64,000 nucleotides of DNA, from NCBI GenBank assembly GCA_963766715.1, contig CAVYBH010000012.1, positions 576,001-640,000 of the forward strand, written 5' to 3'. The notes under the pieces are model-generated. The model was given only the letters and a program-made list of their open reading frames with translations. It made no database searches and was not told the DNA's origin. Every line of letters starts with the position of its first letter. The first letter of the stretch is position 1. Shown one piece after another: positions 1 to 10,892 of the stretch. Both the position numbers and the translations under genes were made by a program. This DNA comes from an uncultured delta proteobacterium (GTDB taxonomy: Bacteria > Myxococcota > Myxococcia > Myxococcales > Anaeromyxobacteraceae).

Positions 1-568
1 CCGGCCCGGTCAGATCGACGACGCTGGACGGCTCGTCCGGCTGGTACCCGCCGTCGAGGATGAGCTCGAGGCCGTGCCCCAGCCGGTCGCGGATGTCGCG
101 CGCGTCGATGAGCACCTCCCCCTCGGGCGTGGCGGCGGAGGTCGAGACCAGCGGATGGGCCAGCTTCCGGACGATCTCGAGCGCGACCGGACTGGCCGGG
201 AGGCGCACGCCCACGGTCTTCTGCCGCCGCAAGGCCAGCTCCGGGACGAGGCGCGTGGCAGGGAGCACGAAGGTGAACGGGCCCGGGGTCTTGCGGCGGA
301 GGACGCGGAAGGCGGCGTTGTCGAGCATGGCGTAGCGCGCCACCTCGGCCAGGTCCGAGCAGAGGAACGAGAGCTCGTGGGTCCGTGGAAGCTGCTTCAG
401 CTGGTAGATGCGCTCGATGGCCCGCTTGTCGAAGAGGTCGCAGGCGATGGCGTAGTAGGTGTCGGTGGGGAACGCGACCAGGCCACCGGAGGCGAGCACG
501 CTCACCGCCTTCTCCACCACCCGCGGCTGCGGGTGGACCGCGTCGATGCTCCAGATGGTCGCCGTCAT
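1..568 (-). CDS. Sua5/YciO/YrdC family protein (L-threonylcarbamoyladenylate synthase-like), 3' end runs off the window
   Basis: Not in the ORF track. Manual translation from ATG at 568 gives MTATIWSIDAVHPQPRVVEKAVSVLASGGLVAFPTDTYYAIACD...TPGPFTFVLPAT...KTVGVRLP...PLVSTSA...LILDGG...PSSVVDLT, the YciO/Sua5 motifs. Confidence 0.9.
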   Translation of the reverse strand, partial: MTATIWSIDAVHPQPRVVEKAVSVLASGGLVAFPTDTYYAIACDLFDKRAIERIYQLKQLPRTHELSFLCSDLAEVARYAMLDNAAFRVLRRKTPGPFTFVLPATRLVPELALRRQKTVGVRLPASPVALEIVRKLAHPLVSTSAATPEGEVLIDARDIRDRLGHGLELILDGGYQPDEPSSVVDLTGP

Positions 569-611
569 CGCCGTTCGTCCCGACGCGAGGTTACCAGCCG
601 CGGGGCTGCGG

Positions 612-3368
612 TCAATTGCGTTGCAGGGCCTGCGTGAGGGCGTCGGCGATCCGCTTGGCCTCGGTCCCCTCGACGCGACGCCCGTCCCGGGTCCGGACGT
701 AGAAGGCGTCGGCGGCGCGGTGCCCCTCGGTGGTGATGCGGGCCAGGTCCACCGTCAGCCCCAGGTCGAAGAAGGTCCGGGAAAGCGTGTGCAGGAGGCC
801 CACCCGGTCGGCCGTGAAGACGTCGATCACGCTGTGGTGGCGCGCGCTGTCGTTGTCGATGACCACCTTGGTGGCCACCCGCGGCAGGGGCTTGGCCGGG
901 AGCTGCGAGGCCTTCAGGCGCCGGGCCATGAGCTCCTCGAGGCCGATCTCCCCCTCCAGGACGCGCTGCAGGTCGGCGCGGGCCGCCCTCCAGCGGACCG
1001 GGTCGATGGCCCCGCCGTCCGGGCCGCGCAGCTCGAAGAGGTCGAGTGCCCTTCCCGCCACCCATCCCAGCGCCTCGTCGTTCGGGGTGGAGAAGACCTC
1101 GGCGTGCTGGATGTCGATCCGATGGGCGGCCAGGACGCCGGCCACGAGCGCGAGGAGGCCCGCGCGATCGCTCGCCGTGAGCGCGAGGTCGGAGTGGCCC
1201 AGCGCGGGGCGGTGGCGGACCACGGCGGCGAGCGGCATCCGGCGCCCCATCTCGAGGAGGCGGAGATGCCGCGGCGCCTGGGCGGGCAGCTCGGTGAGGA
1301 AATAGCGCGCCGGCATGGCCGCGACGAAGCGGTCGCGCTCCACGGAGGGAACGTGCCGGGCGTCGAGGGCCGCGGCCACCGACGCACGGCCCTGGGCCTC
1401 GTGGGTGCCCGGCACGGGCCGCCCCTTCTCGCCGGCGGCGGTGAGGACGGCGCGGGTCTTCTCGTAGAGATCCCGGAGCAACCGCCCCTTCCACTCGGTC
1501 CAGGTCTTCGGCCCGACCGTGGCGATGTCCGCGTAGGTGAGGAGGTAGAGCTTGTCGAGCCGGTCGACCGTCCCGACCTCCTCGGCGAAGGCGTGGATGA
1601 GGTCCGGATCGGAGAGGTCGCGGCGCTGCGCGATGTTGGCCATGCGAAGGTGCTTCGCCACCAGCCACTCGATGTCGGCGGCGTCGTCGGGGTCGATCCC
1701 CATCCGGACGCAGGCGGCCGCGGCGATCTCGGCGCCGCGCGTGGAATGGTCCTTTCCGGATCCCTTGCCGATGTCGTGGAAGAGCGTCCCGAGGTACAGG
1801 CCGAGCGGGCGCGGAAGCGCCTGCATGAGCGGCGTCAGCCCCTCCACCTGGAGGTCGCCGGTGCGCAGCGCGAAGAGCCGCCGGACCGCGAACAGGCTGT
1901 GAACGTCCACCGTGTACACGTGGTAGAGGTCGATCTGGCGCCGGGCGGTGACGCGCGCGAACTCGGGAATCACGCGCTCGAAGACCCCCAGCTCGTGCAT
2001 CGTCCCCAGGAAGCGCCCGCGGGTCCCGGGCCGGGTGAACATGGCGAGCAGCTCCTGGTTCAGCTCGGGATCGGCGGCCCCCTCGGCCGGGAACTCGGAG
2101 GCGGCCTGGGCCGCCACGTCCCGCGCGAACGGATAGAGGTCGAGACCCTCCCGGTCGGCGGCCGCGAAGAGCCGCACGAGCGACGCCGGCGAGCGACGGA
2201 GGATGTCGCGGTCGGCGACCGTGAGCCGGCCGCGAAACACCTTGAACTCCCCGCCCGCGAGCGGACGCGCGTCGGGCGACGGCGCGGTCGGCTCGGCTCC
2301 CTTGCGGGACGCGAGCGCGTCGGCCCTGCGCCAGGGCTTCGCGCGGGCCGGCTCGAGGCAGCGGTCGACGAGCGCGTCGCTGGCGACGAGGATGGTCTTC
2401 GCGGCCAGGTAGTAGTGGCGCATGAAGTCCTCGGCCGCCGCGTCCCCGTCGCCGTAGCCCATGAAGGCGGCCACCTGCGCCTGGAGGTCGAAGGTGATCT
2501 GGTCGGTCTTTCGCCCGGTCGCGTAGTGGAGCTGGTTCCGGATGCGCCAGACGAAGTCCCGGGCGCTGCGCAGCTCGCGGACCTCCTGCTCCGGGAGCAA
2601 GGCCCGGGCGAGCAGGTCGGTGATGCCCGCCACCTTGAAGCGCGCCCGCGCCGCCCACAGTCCGAGCTGGAGGTCGCGCAGCCCGCCCTCCGACTGCTTG
2701 AGGTTGGGCTCGAGCAGGTAGATCGAGTCGCCGAACTTCTCCCGGCGCTCGCGCGCCTCCTTCATCTTGTCGAAGATGAAGGCGTCGACCTTGGCCTGCG
2801 ACAGTCCGTGCAGCTGGTCCCGCTCCAGCTCCTGGAAGAGCGCCCGGTCGCCGTGCAGGTGCCGGAGGTCGAGCAGCGCCGTGCGGGCGGTGTGATCGCT
2901 CGCGGCCAGGTCCTCGCAGGCGTGGATGTCGCGGATGCCGTAGCCCACCTCCAGGCGCAGGTCCCAGAGGGCGTACAGGAACTTCTCGCTCGCCTCCTTC
3001 ACGAAGGGACCGGGATCGCGCTTCTCGTGGAGGACGAGCAGGTCGAGGTCGCTGTGGGGGGCGAGCTCCCGGCGGCCGTACCCGCCGAGCGCGATGAGCG
3101 AGACCGGGGTGGGCGCGTGGCTCGCCGCGGCCGCCGCCAGCGACCGCTCCCAGAGCGCCGCCACGATCCGGTCCATCGCGGCGCTGAGCAGCCGGACCAC
3201 GGTCCGCCCGCTTCCGCCTGCGACGTGGACGTTCTCGACGTACCCCCGGAGCGAGGCGAAGTCCGCCTTCACGTCCCCGGTGAGCGGCGGCATCGACTCG
3301 AGCCGCGACTCGAACTCGTAGGGGGCGGCCTGGGGCAGCTTCGCGAAGGAGGCGTCCTGGACGAGCAT
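612..3368 (-). CDS. glnD: [Protein-PII] uridylyltransferase/uridylyl-removing enzyme
   Basis: 918 aa ORF with ALGGYGRRELAPHSDLDLL nucleotidyltransferase motif, LEPNLKQSEGGLRD, HD domain (HVYTVDVH...FHDIGKG) and two C-terminal ACT domains (DRAGLL, DRVGLL). Confidence 0.97.
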   Translation of the reverse strand: MLVQDASFAKLPQAAPYEFESRLESMPPLTGDVKADFASLRGYVENVHVAGGSGRTVVRLLSAAMDRIVAALWERSLAAAAASHAPTPVSLIALGGYGRRELAPHSDLDLLVLHEKRDPGPFVKEASEKFLYALWDLRLEVGYGIRDIHACEDLAASDHTARTALLDLRHLHGDRALFQELERDQLHGLSQAKVDAFIFDKMKEARERREKFGDSIYLLEPNLKQSEGGLRDLQLGLWAARARFKVAGITDLLARALLPEQEVRELRSARDFVWRIRNQLHYATGRKTDQITFDLQAQVAAFMGYGDGDAAAEDFMRHYYLAAKTILVASDALVDRCLEPARAKPWRRADALASRKGAEPTAPSPDARPLAGGEFKVFRGRLTVADRDILRRSPASLVRLFAAADREGLDLYPFARDVAAQAASEFPAEGAADPELNQELLAMFTRPGTRGRFLGTMHELGVFERVIPEFARVTARRQIDLYHVYTVDVHSLFAVRRLFALRTGDLQVEGLTPLMQALPRPLGLYLGTLFHDIGKGSGKDHSTRGAEIAAAACVRMGIDPDDAADIEWLVAKHLRMANIAQRRDLSDPDLIHAFAEEVGTVDRLDKLYLLTYADIATVGPKTWTEWKGRLLRDLYEKTRAVLTAAGEKGRPVPGTHEAQGRASVAAALDARHVPSVERDRFVAAMPARYFLTELPAQAPRHLRLLEMGRRMPLAAVVRHRPALGHSDLALTASDRAGLLALVAGVLAAHRIDIQHAEVFSTPNDEALGWVAGRALDLFELRGPDGGAIDPVRWRAARADLQRVLEGEIGLEELMARRLKASQLPAKPLPRVATKVVIDNDSARHHSVIDVFTADRVGLLHTLSRTFFDLGLTVDLARITTEGHRAADAFYVRTRDGRRVEGTEAKRIADALTQALQRN

Positions 3369-3415
3369 GGCGCTTCCCTATAACCCGGGTCCCGGGACTT
3401 CCGCCGCCCCGCCCG

Positions 3416-5202
3416 TCATCGGGCAGCCACCCGCGTCTGGCCGGCGAACTCGGTGACGGCGCGCGCCACGCCGTCCGCCACCAGCTCCTGGTAGGCGGGG
3501 CTGGCGAGCTGCTTCTCCTCGGCGCGATTCGAGATGAACGCGGTCTCCACCAGCACGGCCGGCATCCGGGCGCCGAGGAGGACGTAGAAGAGCGCGTTCT
3601 TGACCCCGCGATCCCGGACCGGGTCCCGGGACTGGCGGGCCCGGCTGGTGATCTCCTTCTGGACCAGGCGGGCCAGCGTCCGCGAGGCGCCGGCGCTGGC
3701 CTTCGAGTCGAGGTCGGTGAGGATGCGCTGCACGTCCTTGGGGGAGTCGTCCAGCTCGAGGGAGCCGTTCTCGCGCGCGGCCAGCCGGCGGGCGTAGCGG
3801 TCGTCGGTCACGTTGAGGAAGTAGGTCTCGATCCCGCCTCGATCGCGCCGCGGGTTGGCGTTGGTGTGGAGGGAGACGAAGAGGTCGCCCCGGGCCATGT
3901 TGGCCATGGCGGTCCGCTCCTCCAGCTTCAGGTACCGATCGTCGGTCCGGGTGAGCGTCACCTCGAACCCCTGCGACCGGAGCTTGTCGGCGAGTCGCTT
4001 CGCCATGGACAGCGTGACGTCCTTCTCCCGCACGCCGCGCGGACCGATGGCGCCGGTGTCGTGCCCTCCGTGTCCGGCGTCGACGATGATGCGCCGGATC
4101 GGGCGCCGGGCCGACTCCGCCTCCTCGTCGTCGGGAGCCGCCCGGGGCACGGCCCGCGCGATGGCCTCGCGCTGGGCCTCCCGGACGCCGAGATCGACGA
4201 TCAGGCGCGGGGGATCTCCCAGGGTGAAGACCTGGAACGCCTCCTGTCCCTTGAGCTCGAGGACCACGCGGACGGTATCCGGCCCGTTCTGCGCCACGCG
4301 GACCCGGTGAAGGAGCGAGTCGCCCACCTGGCGCATGGCTCCCAGCCCCTCGAGCTGGGCCGGGTGAAGGTCGAGCGCGAGGCGACGTGGGTGGTCGCGG
4401 TCGGCGGGAATCTCCTGCTTCTCGAAGGCCACGGGTTGCGACAGGTAGACCGCGACGCGGGTGTAGTCGGCGTTCGACCAGGTCTGGACCTCGGAGACGC
4501 GGGCAGGCTCCGTTCCGGAGGCTGCCTTCGAGGCCGGCGCCGCCGGGGCCGGCTCCGCCTCGGCAACGGCCTCCTCGAGGACGGGATCGAGGTCGTCTTC
4601 CGACTCCTCGACCGGCGCCGCCCGGTGGCGACGGCGGCGGCGACCGGCGGTGAGGCCGGCGCCGGGGAAGGCGGAACGGTGCGGCGCGGAAGGGGCGCTG
4701 CCGGCGGGGGAGGCTGCTTCCGGGTCGGGGCCTTGGCGACGGCCACGGGCGCATCGTCGCCCGCTTCCCGGCGGATCGCCGCCGCCAGCGCAGCGGCCTC
4801 GTGGACGCCCAGCTTGGACGCGCGTCCGGCCAGGACGATGGCCTTCTCCCGGTCCGATTCCACGGCGGAGAAGCGGTAGAGGGCGTAGCGACCCCTGGCG
4901 GCATCGAGCAGGGCAGGCCCCGCATCGGGTCCCCGGGCCGCCCGTTCGAGGGAGCCGATGGCCCTCTCCCAGTTGTGGCGGTAGCGGCGCTTCGCCGGGC
5001 TCTTCTTCACCGCCGCGAGCTCCGCCCGCGCCTTCTGCAGGGCCGGCGACGGGGACCGGGGCGCCGAGGCGCGCGTGGAGGTCGCCGTCCCCTTGGTCCC
5101 CTTGGAGGTCCCCTTCCCCTCCGCCTCGACCGGGCCGACGAGCATCGCGGCGGCGAGGATCGCGACCGGGGCGAGGCGAAGCCTGGAGGGGAGCCGGGAC
5201 AT
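3416..5202 (-). CDS. N-acetylmuramoyl-L-alanine amidase (signal peptide, helical N-terminus, AMIN, Amidase_3); apparent frameshift near 4620
   Basis: N-terminus in ORF 4201..5202 (signal peptide). C-terminus in ORF 3416..5569 with VDAGHGGHDTGA, EKDVTL, FVSLHTN, MPAVLVETAFISN. Confidence 0.9.
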
Positions 5203-5288
5203 GAGCCGGCTCCAACCTACGCCGGCTGATATCGCAATCCAGTTTTCGGTATGATTCCGGGCTCCACCCCGCCACGGAGGTCGGAATC

Positions 5289-5954
5289 ATGCCCACCGAG
5301 AAGCGCGTCGGAGTCATCCTGTCGGGGAGCGGCTTCCTCGACGGCGCCGAGATCCAGGAGGCGACCCTCACCCTCCTCTTCCTCGACCGCAAGGGGGCGA
5401 AGGTCACCGCGATGGCCCCCAACGTCCGGCAGATGCACGTCGTCGACCACGTGAAGGGGGAGCCGGCCGCGGGCGAGACCCGGAACGTGCTCGCGGAGGC
5501 GGCCCGGATCACGCGAGGGGCCATCGTCGACGTGAAGACGGTGAAGGCCGCCGACCTCGACGCCCTCATCCTCCCCGGGGGCTACGGCGCGGCGAAGAAC
5601 CTCTGCACGTTCGCGACCGAGGGGGTGAAGCTCCAGGTCGACCCGGACGTCGAGCGACTGGTCCGGGACATGGCGACGGCCGGCAAGCCGCTCGGCTTCA
5701 TCTGCATCGCGCCGGTGATCGCGGCCAAGGTGCTGGGCTCCAGGAAGGTGAAGCTCACCATCGGCAACGACCCGGCCACGGCGTCGGCCCTGAACGCGCT
5801 CGGCGCCATCCACGTCGAGACGCCCGTCGACCAGATCGTGGTCGACGAGAAGAACAAGGTCGTCTCCACGCCCGCCTACATGCTCGGGCCGTCAATCGCG
5901 CCCGTCTCGGCGGGGATCGAGAAGCTGGTATCGGCTGTCCTGGAAATGGCCTGA
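5289..5954 (+). CDS. elbB: ElbB/ES1 family glyoxalase (DJ-1/PfpI superfamily)
   Basis: VILSGSGFLDGAEIQEA, RNVLAEAARITRG, LPGGYGAAKNLC, GFICIAP, VSTPAYML. Confidence 0.93.
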   Translation: MPTEKRVGVILSGSGFLDGAEIQEATLTLLFLDRKGAKVTAMAPNVRQMHVVDHVKGEPAAGETRNVLAEAARITRGAIVDVKTVKAADLDALILPGGYGAAKNLCTFATEGVKLQVDPDVERLVRDMATAGKPLGFICIAPVIAAKVLGSRKVKLTIGNDPATASALNALGAIHVETPVDQIVVDEKNKVVSTPAYMLGPSIAPVSAGIEKLVSAVLEMA

Positions 5955-5966
5955 ACGTCACGACCA

Positions 5967-6005
5967 TTGACGGCGATCAAGGCGGAGGGCGCGCGGGAAT
6001 ATGAT
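5967..6005 (+). promoter_or_regulatory. FNR/CRP-type box (TTGAC-N4-ATCAA) plus -10 TATGAT upstream of the cytochrome c7 gene
   Basis: TTGACGGCGATCAA at 5967-5980 is one mismatch from TTGAT-N4-ATCAA. TATGAT lies at 6000-6005. Confidence 0.6.
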
Positions 6006-6113
6006 TCTGCGCCGTCGTGAATCTTCGCGGGCGAGGTTCGTCCGTAGGTCAAACCAACGGTTCCTTCCGGATCACTCCTCCGGCTGGAACGCCAACTGAG
6101 AAGGGGGAGTCCA

Positions 6114-6407
6114 GTGAAGAAGATCCTCAGCGCCGTCCTCGCCGTCGCCTTCATCGCCGTTGCGTCCACCGCCGTCGCCGCTCCGCCGCCCGCCGAGGTC
6201 GTCCTCAAGGGCGCGACCCAGGCGCCGGTCACCTTCAACCACAAGGCTCACCAGGGCCAGGGCTGCAAGAAGTGCCACGGTGAAGGCGCCCCCGGCAAGA
6301 TCGAGCTGACGAAGGACAAGGCCCACGCCCTCTGCACCGACTGCCACAAGGAGAAGGCCAAGGGCCCCGCCGACGCCAAGACCTGCACGACCTGCCACAA
6401 GAAGTAG
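6114..6407 (+). CDS. Periplasmic trihaem cytochrome c7 (PpcA family)
   Basis: Signal peptide, VTFNHKAH, three CxxCH (CKKCH, CTDCH, CTTCH), PGKIE and C-terminal CHKK, matching the Geobacter PpcA pattern. Confidence 0.92.
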   Translation: MKKILSAVLAVAFIAVASTAVAAPPPAEVVLKGATQAPVTFNHKAHQGQGCKKCHGEGAPGKIELTKDKAHALCTDCHKEKAKGPADAKTCTTCHKK

Positions 6408-6429
6408 GCAAATCGGCGTCTGCTGAACC

Positions 6430-6461
6430 GAAGGGCCGGGCAACCGGCCCTTCTTCTTTTT
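6430..6461 (+). terminator. Intrinsic terminator after cytochrome c7
   Basis: GAAGGGCCGG-GCAA-CCGGCCCTTC stem followed by TTCTTTTT. Confidence 0.85.
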
Positions 6462-6471
6462 CCGGGGTCCG

Positions 6472-9112
6472 CTACTCGAGCCGGCGCTTCATCGCGGCGA
6501 GCAGGTTCAGGGCCTCGAGCGGCGTCAGCGAATCGAGTGCGAGCTCGCGGAGCTCGGTGCGGAGCCGTTCGACCCGGGGATCGGGCGCGGCGAAGAGCCC
6601 GAGCTGGTCGGCGCGCGCGGCGTCACGCCGACGGGATCCGCGCGCCAGCGCGGCGTGGCCGGCATCGTCGACCTCGAGCGATTCCAGGTTGCGCAGGATC
6701 TCCCGTGCCCGGACCAGCACCTCGGCCGGCAGCCCGGCCAGCTTGGCCACCTCGATGCCGTAGCTCCGGGAGGCCCCACCGGCCACGAGCTTCCGCAGGA
6801 AGACGACCTTGTCTCCCACCTCGCGCACGGCGACCGTGAGGTTCCGGACGCGCGGACGCTCCCGGGCCAGGTCCTGGAGCTCGTGGTAGTGGGTCGCGAA
6901 GAGCGTCCGGCACCCGGTCCTGTCGTGCAGGTGCTCGGCCACCGCCCAGGCGATCGACAGGCCGTCGAAGGTGGAGGTGCCGCGCCCGATCTCGTCGAGG
7001 ATGACGAAGGAGCGACGGGTGGCGTTGTGCAGGATCGCCGCGGTCTCCGTCATCTCCACCATGAAGGTGGATCGTCCGCGAGCCAGGTCGTCGGAGGCGC
7101 CCACCCGCGTGAAGATCCGGTCGACCACCCCGACCCGCGCGCGATCGGCGGGGACGAAGCTCCCCACCTGCGCCATGAGGGTGATGAGCGCGGCCTGGCG
7201 CATGACGGTGCTCTTGCCCGCCATGTTCGGGCCGGTGATGACGAGCAGCTGCCCGGCCTCGTCGGACGCGCTCGACGCCACCAGCACGTCGTTCGGCACG
7301 AAGCCGCCCGAGTCGACCGGCAGCGTGGCCTCGACCACCGGATGGCGTCCCCCCACGATCTCGAGGACCTCCGAGCCGTCGAGCGACGGGCGCCGGTAGC
7401 CGCGCTCGGCGGCGACCCGCCCGAGGGAGAGGAGCACGTCGGCGGTCGCGACCGCCGAGGCCGCGCCGCGCAGCCGCCCGGTCTCCGACACCACCCGCGT
7501 CCGGAGCTCCTCGAAGATCCGCTCCTCGATGGCGAACCGCTTCTCCTCGGCGCCGAGCACCTGCTCCTCGAGCTCCTTCAGCTCGGGGGTGACGAAGCGC
7601 TCGCCCCCGACCGTGGTCTGTCGCCGCTGGTAGTCGTCCGGGACCAGGTGGAGGTTGGGCTTCGTGACCTCGATGTAGTAGCCGAAGACCCGGTTGTACC
7701 GGACCTTGAGCGAACCGATCCCGGTGCGCTGCCGCTCGCGGGCCTCGAGCGAGGCGATGACTCCCTTTCCGTTCTCGGAGAGCTCGACGACCCGGTCGAG
7801 CTCCTCCGACCACCCGCGCCGGATCATCCCCCCTTCACCCGTGGTCGCTGGCGGCTCGTCGGCGACGGACCGCTCCAGGTGCCCTGCCAGATCCTCCAGG
7901 CCGCGCAGGGCGCGCCCGGTCTCGGCGAGCATGGGCGCCCCTGCCCCTTCGAGGAGGTCGGCGGCCGCCGGGAGGGCCGAGAGCGAGCTCGCCAGCGCCC
8001 GGAGGTCGCGGGCATTGCCCTGCCGGAGCGCGAGGCGCGAGAGCAGCCGCTCCACGTCCGCCACCGGGCGGAGCGCGGCGGCGAGGGATTCCCGGAGCAC
8101 CGCCCCCCCGACGAGCGCCTCCACGGCGTCGAGCCTCCGCTCCAGCGCCTCGACGTTCGTGAGGGGATACCGGAACCACTCGGCGAGCCGCCGCCCCCCG
8201 CCCCCGGTCACCGTCCGGTCGAGCAGGCCGACGAGCGAGCCCTTCCTGCGCGCGCCCGTCAGGGTGCGCTCGATCTCCAGATTCGCCCGGGTGCTCTCGT
8301 CGAGCAGGAGCACGTCGTCGGTGGGCAGCCGGGAGATCCGGTCGACGTGACGGGGCTCGGTGCGCTGGGTCTCGACCAGGTAGTGGAGCGCGCCCGCCGC
8401 CGCGGCCACCCCCCGCGACAGGTCCCCGACCCCGAACCCGTCCAGGCCGGCGACCCCGAGGTGCCGGGCCAGGCGGGCCTCGCCCCGGTGGAAGGCCTCG
8501 TCCTCCACCTGCGCGAGGGGCACGCCCACCGCCCTGGCCAGCTCGGCCCCGCGCGGCGTCGCCGCATCGGCCCGCGGACAGGAGCAGCTCCCGGATCCCG
8601 GCGCGGCAGAGCTCCTCGGCGAGGCGGGTGTCGGTGGCGACCTCGCCGCAGCGCAGCTCACCGGTGGTGGCGTCGAGGAGCGCCAGCCCTCCGCCCGCGC
8701 CGGCCGGGTCGAGGACCGCGACGCCCAGGTAGCTCGACTCGCGCGGCTCGAGCGAGGCCTCGTCGAGCACGGTGCCCGGCGTGACGACGCGGGTGACCTC
8801 CCGGCGCACGATTCCGGTCCGTCCCGGCGGCTCGACCTGGTCGCAGATGGCGACCTTGAATCCCCGCTCCAGCAGCCGGGCCACGTATCCCCGGGCGGCG
8901 TGGTGCGGAACGCCGCACATCGGGATCTTGCCGTCCCCCTTGGCGCGCGAGGTGAGCGTGATCTGCAGCGCCTCGGAGGCCTGGACGGCATCCTCGTTGA
9001 ACATCTCGTAGAAGTCGCCCAGGCGGAAGAAGAGGATCGCGTCCGGATACCTCGCCTTCACCTCGAGGTACTGGCGCATCATGGGGGTCGCGGGCTGGGC
9101 GATCTCGGCCAC
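6472..9112 (-). CDS. mutS: DNA mismatch repair protein MutS; apparent frameshift near 8575
   Basis: [30 protein letters not shown] (ORF 7835..9112) joined to [41 protein letters not shown] (ORF 6472..8991). Confidence 0.96.
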
Positions 9113-9178
9113 GAGGTGCTTCTAGCACGCCGGTCCCGCAGCGTGGCGGGTCCGCAGCCCCGGTGCTAGCATCCCCGG

Positions 9179-10892
9179 GTGCTTCGCGAGGCCATCCACG
9201 ACCTGAACCGCCTGCGCGAGGTGTCGTCCATCATCGCCCGGCACGGCTTCGGCGCGTACCTGGAGCGGGTGCGGCTCGGGTCGGCCGCCCCACGCCCGGC
9301 CCCCTCGCAGGTTCCCCCGTCCACCGCGCCCGCCACGGACGGCCGGAACGCGGCCCGGTTCCGGCAGATGCTCGTGGACCTGGGTCCGACCTACGTGAAG
9401 CTGGGCCAGCTCCTCTCCAGCCGGCCCGACATCCTGCCCTCGGGGTGGATCGCCGAGCTGTCCCAGCTGCAGGACGCCTGCGAGCCCGTCCCCGTGGCGG
9501 AGATCCGCCTGGCCATCGAGAAGGGGCTGGGGCGCAGCGTCGACGAGGCCTTCGACTGGCTCGACCCCGTTCCCACCGCCAGTGCGTCCATCGCCCAGGT
9601 GCATCGCGCCAGGACCCACGAAGGCGTGGACGTCGCGGTCAAGGTGCAGCGCCCGGGCGTTCGCGCCCAGTTCGAGGGCGATCTCGGGCTGCTCACCTAC
9701 GTGGCCCGTCTCCTCGAGGCCCTCGTCGAGGAGACCGGGGTCTACACGCCCACCGACATCGTCCAGGAGTTCGACCGCGCCATCCACGAGGAGCTCGACT
9801 TCGCGAACGAGGCCAGGAACGCCCGCGACATGGCGGCCGCGTCCCGCGATCTCCCCTTCGTGGTGGTGCCGGGCGTTCACGAGTCCCTCTCCTCCGCCAC
9901 GGTGCTGACCCTCGACTTCGTCGAGGGGATCAAGGTCACCGACCTCGCCGGGCGCATGGGCTACGACCCCGAGCGGGTGGCCCGGAACATCATCGAGGCG
10001 GCCTTCCGCCAGCTCTTCGGCGGGGGCATCTTCCACGGCGATCCGCATCCCGGGAACATCCTCGTCCTGCCCGGGAACCGCATCGCGCTGCTCGACTTCG
10101 GGCTCGTGGGACGCATCGGCCGGCCCATGCAGGAGGCGCTCGTCACCCTCGTCGTCGCGGTCGCGCTTGCGCGATCCGGAGACCGTGGCGCGGGTCCTCT
10201 ACCGCATCGGGATCCCCGACGCCCACACGCCCATCACGGAGCTGCGGGACGACATCTCGGGCATCCTGGATCGGTACCTCGGCCTCAAGCTCGATCAGAT
10301 CCGGTCCTCCACCCTGCTCACGGACATGCTCGACCTGGCCATGCGCCACAAGATCAAGGTCCCGCGGGAGTACGCCCTCCTGGGCAAGGCCTCGGTGACC
10401 ATCGAGGGGCTGATCCGGGGGCTCTACCCGGGGCTCGACGTGATGGAGGTCGGCCTTCCGTACGCGAAGGAGATGCTCTTCTCGCGCTTCCAGCCCGGGG
10501 ACGCCTCCGGGGCCCTGATGAAGTCCCTCCTCAAGCTCCAGGGGCTGGCCGAGGACGTGCCCGCGCAGCTCTCCCAGGTGCTCGCCGACCTCGAGGGCGG
10601 CAAGTTCCGGGTCCAGGTCCGGTCCGAGTCGCTCGACCGGATCGCCGACAACGTGCGATCGCTCGGGCTGACGGTCTTCCTGGGGCTCCTGGCGGGATCG
10701 CTGGCGCTGGGCGGGCTCTTCGTGGTGTCGCGCCAGATGGCCGCGTCGAAGCTCGTGCTCCTGCTCGGCTTCTCGGCGCTGCTCTTCGCGGGCTTCCTCT
10801 TCGGCGCCTCGCTCACCGTCTACTGGCTGGGCGGCAGGATCCCGAAGTTCTCGCTGCGCAAGCTGCTCGGGCGCGGCTCGCGCTCCTCCTGA
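9179..10892 (+). CDS. ABC1/UbiB (AarF) family kinase; apparent frameshift near 10168
   Basis: LGPTYVKLGQLLSSRPD, ASASIAQVH, VAVKVQRPG, FHGDPHPGN, LLDFGLVG; continues in ORF 10167..10892 with C-terminal TM helices. Confidence 0.92.

Noticed and set aside
459..3383. Long antisense and alternate-frame ORFs (e.g. 459..3383+, 14754..17003-, 34549..37215+, the tail of 9179..13795+)
   Set aside because: Shadow ORFs expected from high GC3 codon bias opposite or overlapping recognisable genes; R/G/P/A-rich and motif-free.
6040..6110. Possible c-di-GMP/cGAMP (GEMM) riboswitch upstream of cytochrome c7 (GGTCAAACC)
   Set aside because: Lacks the GAAA-tetraloop stem and the GCAAA/P2 elements.
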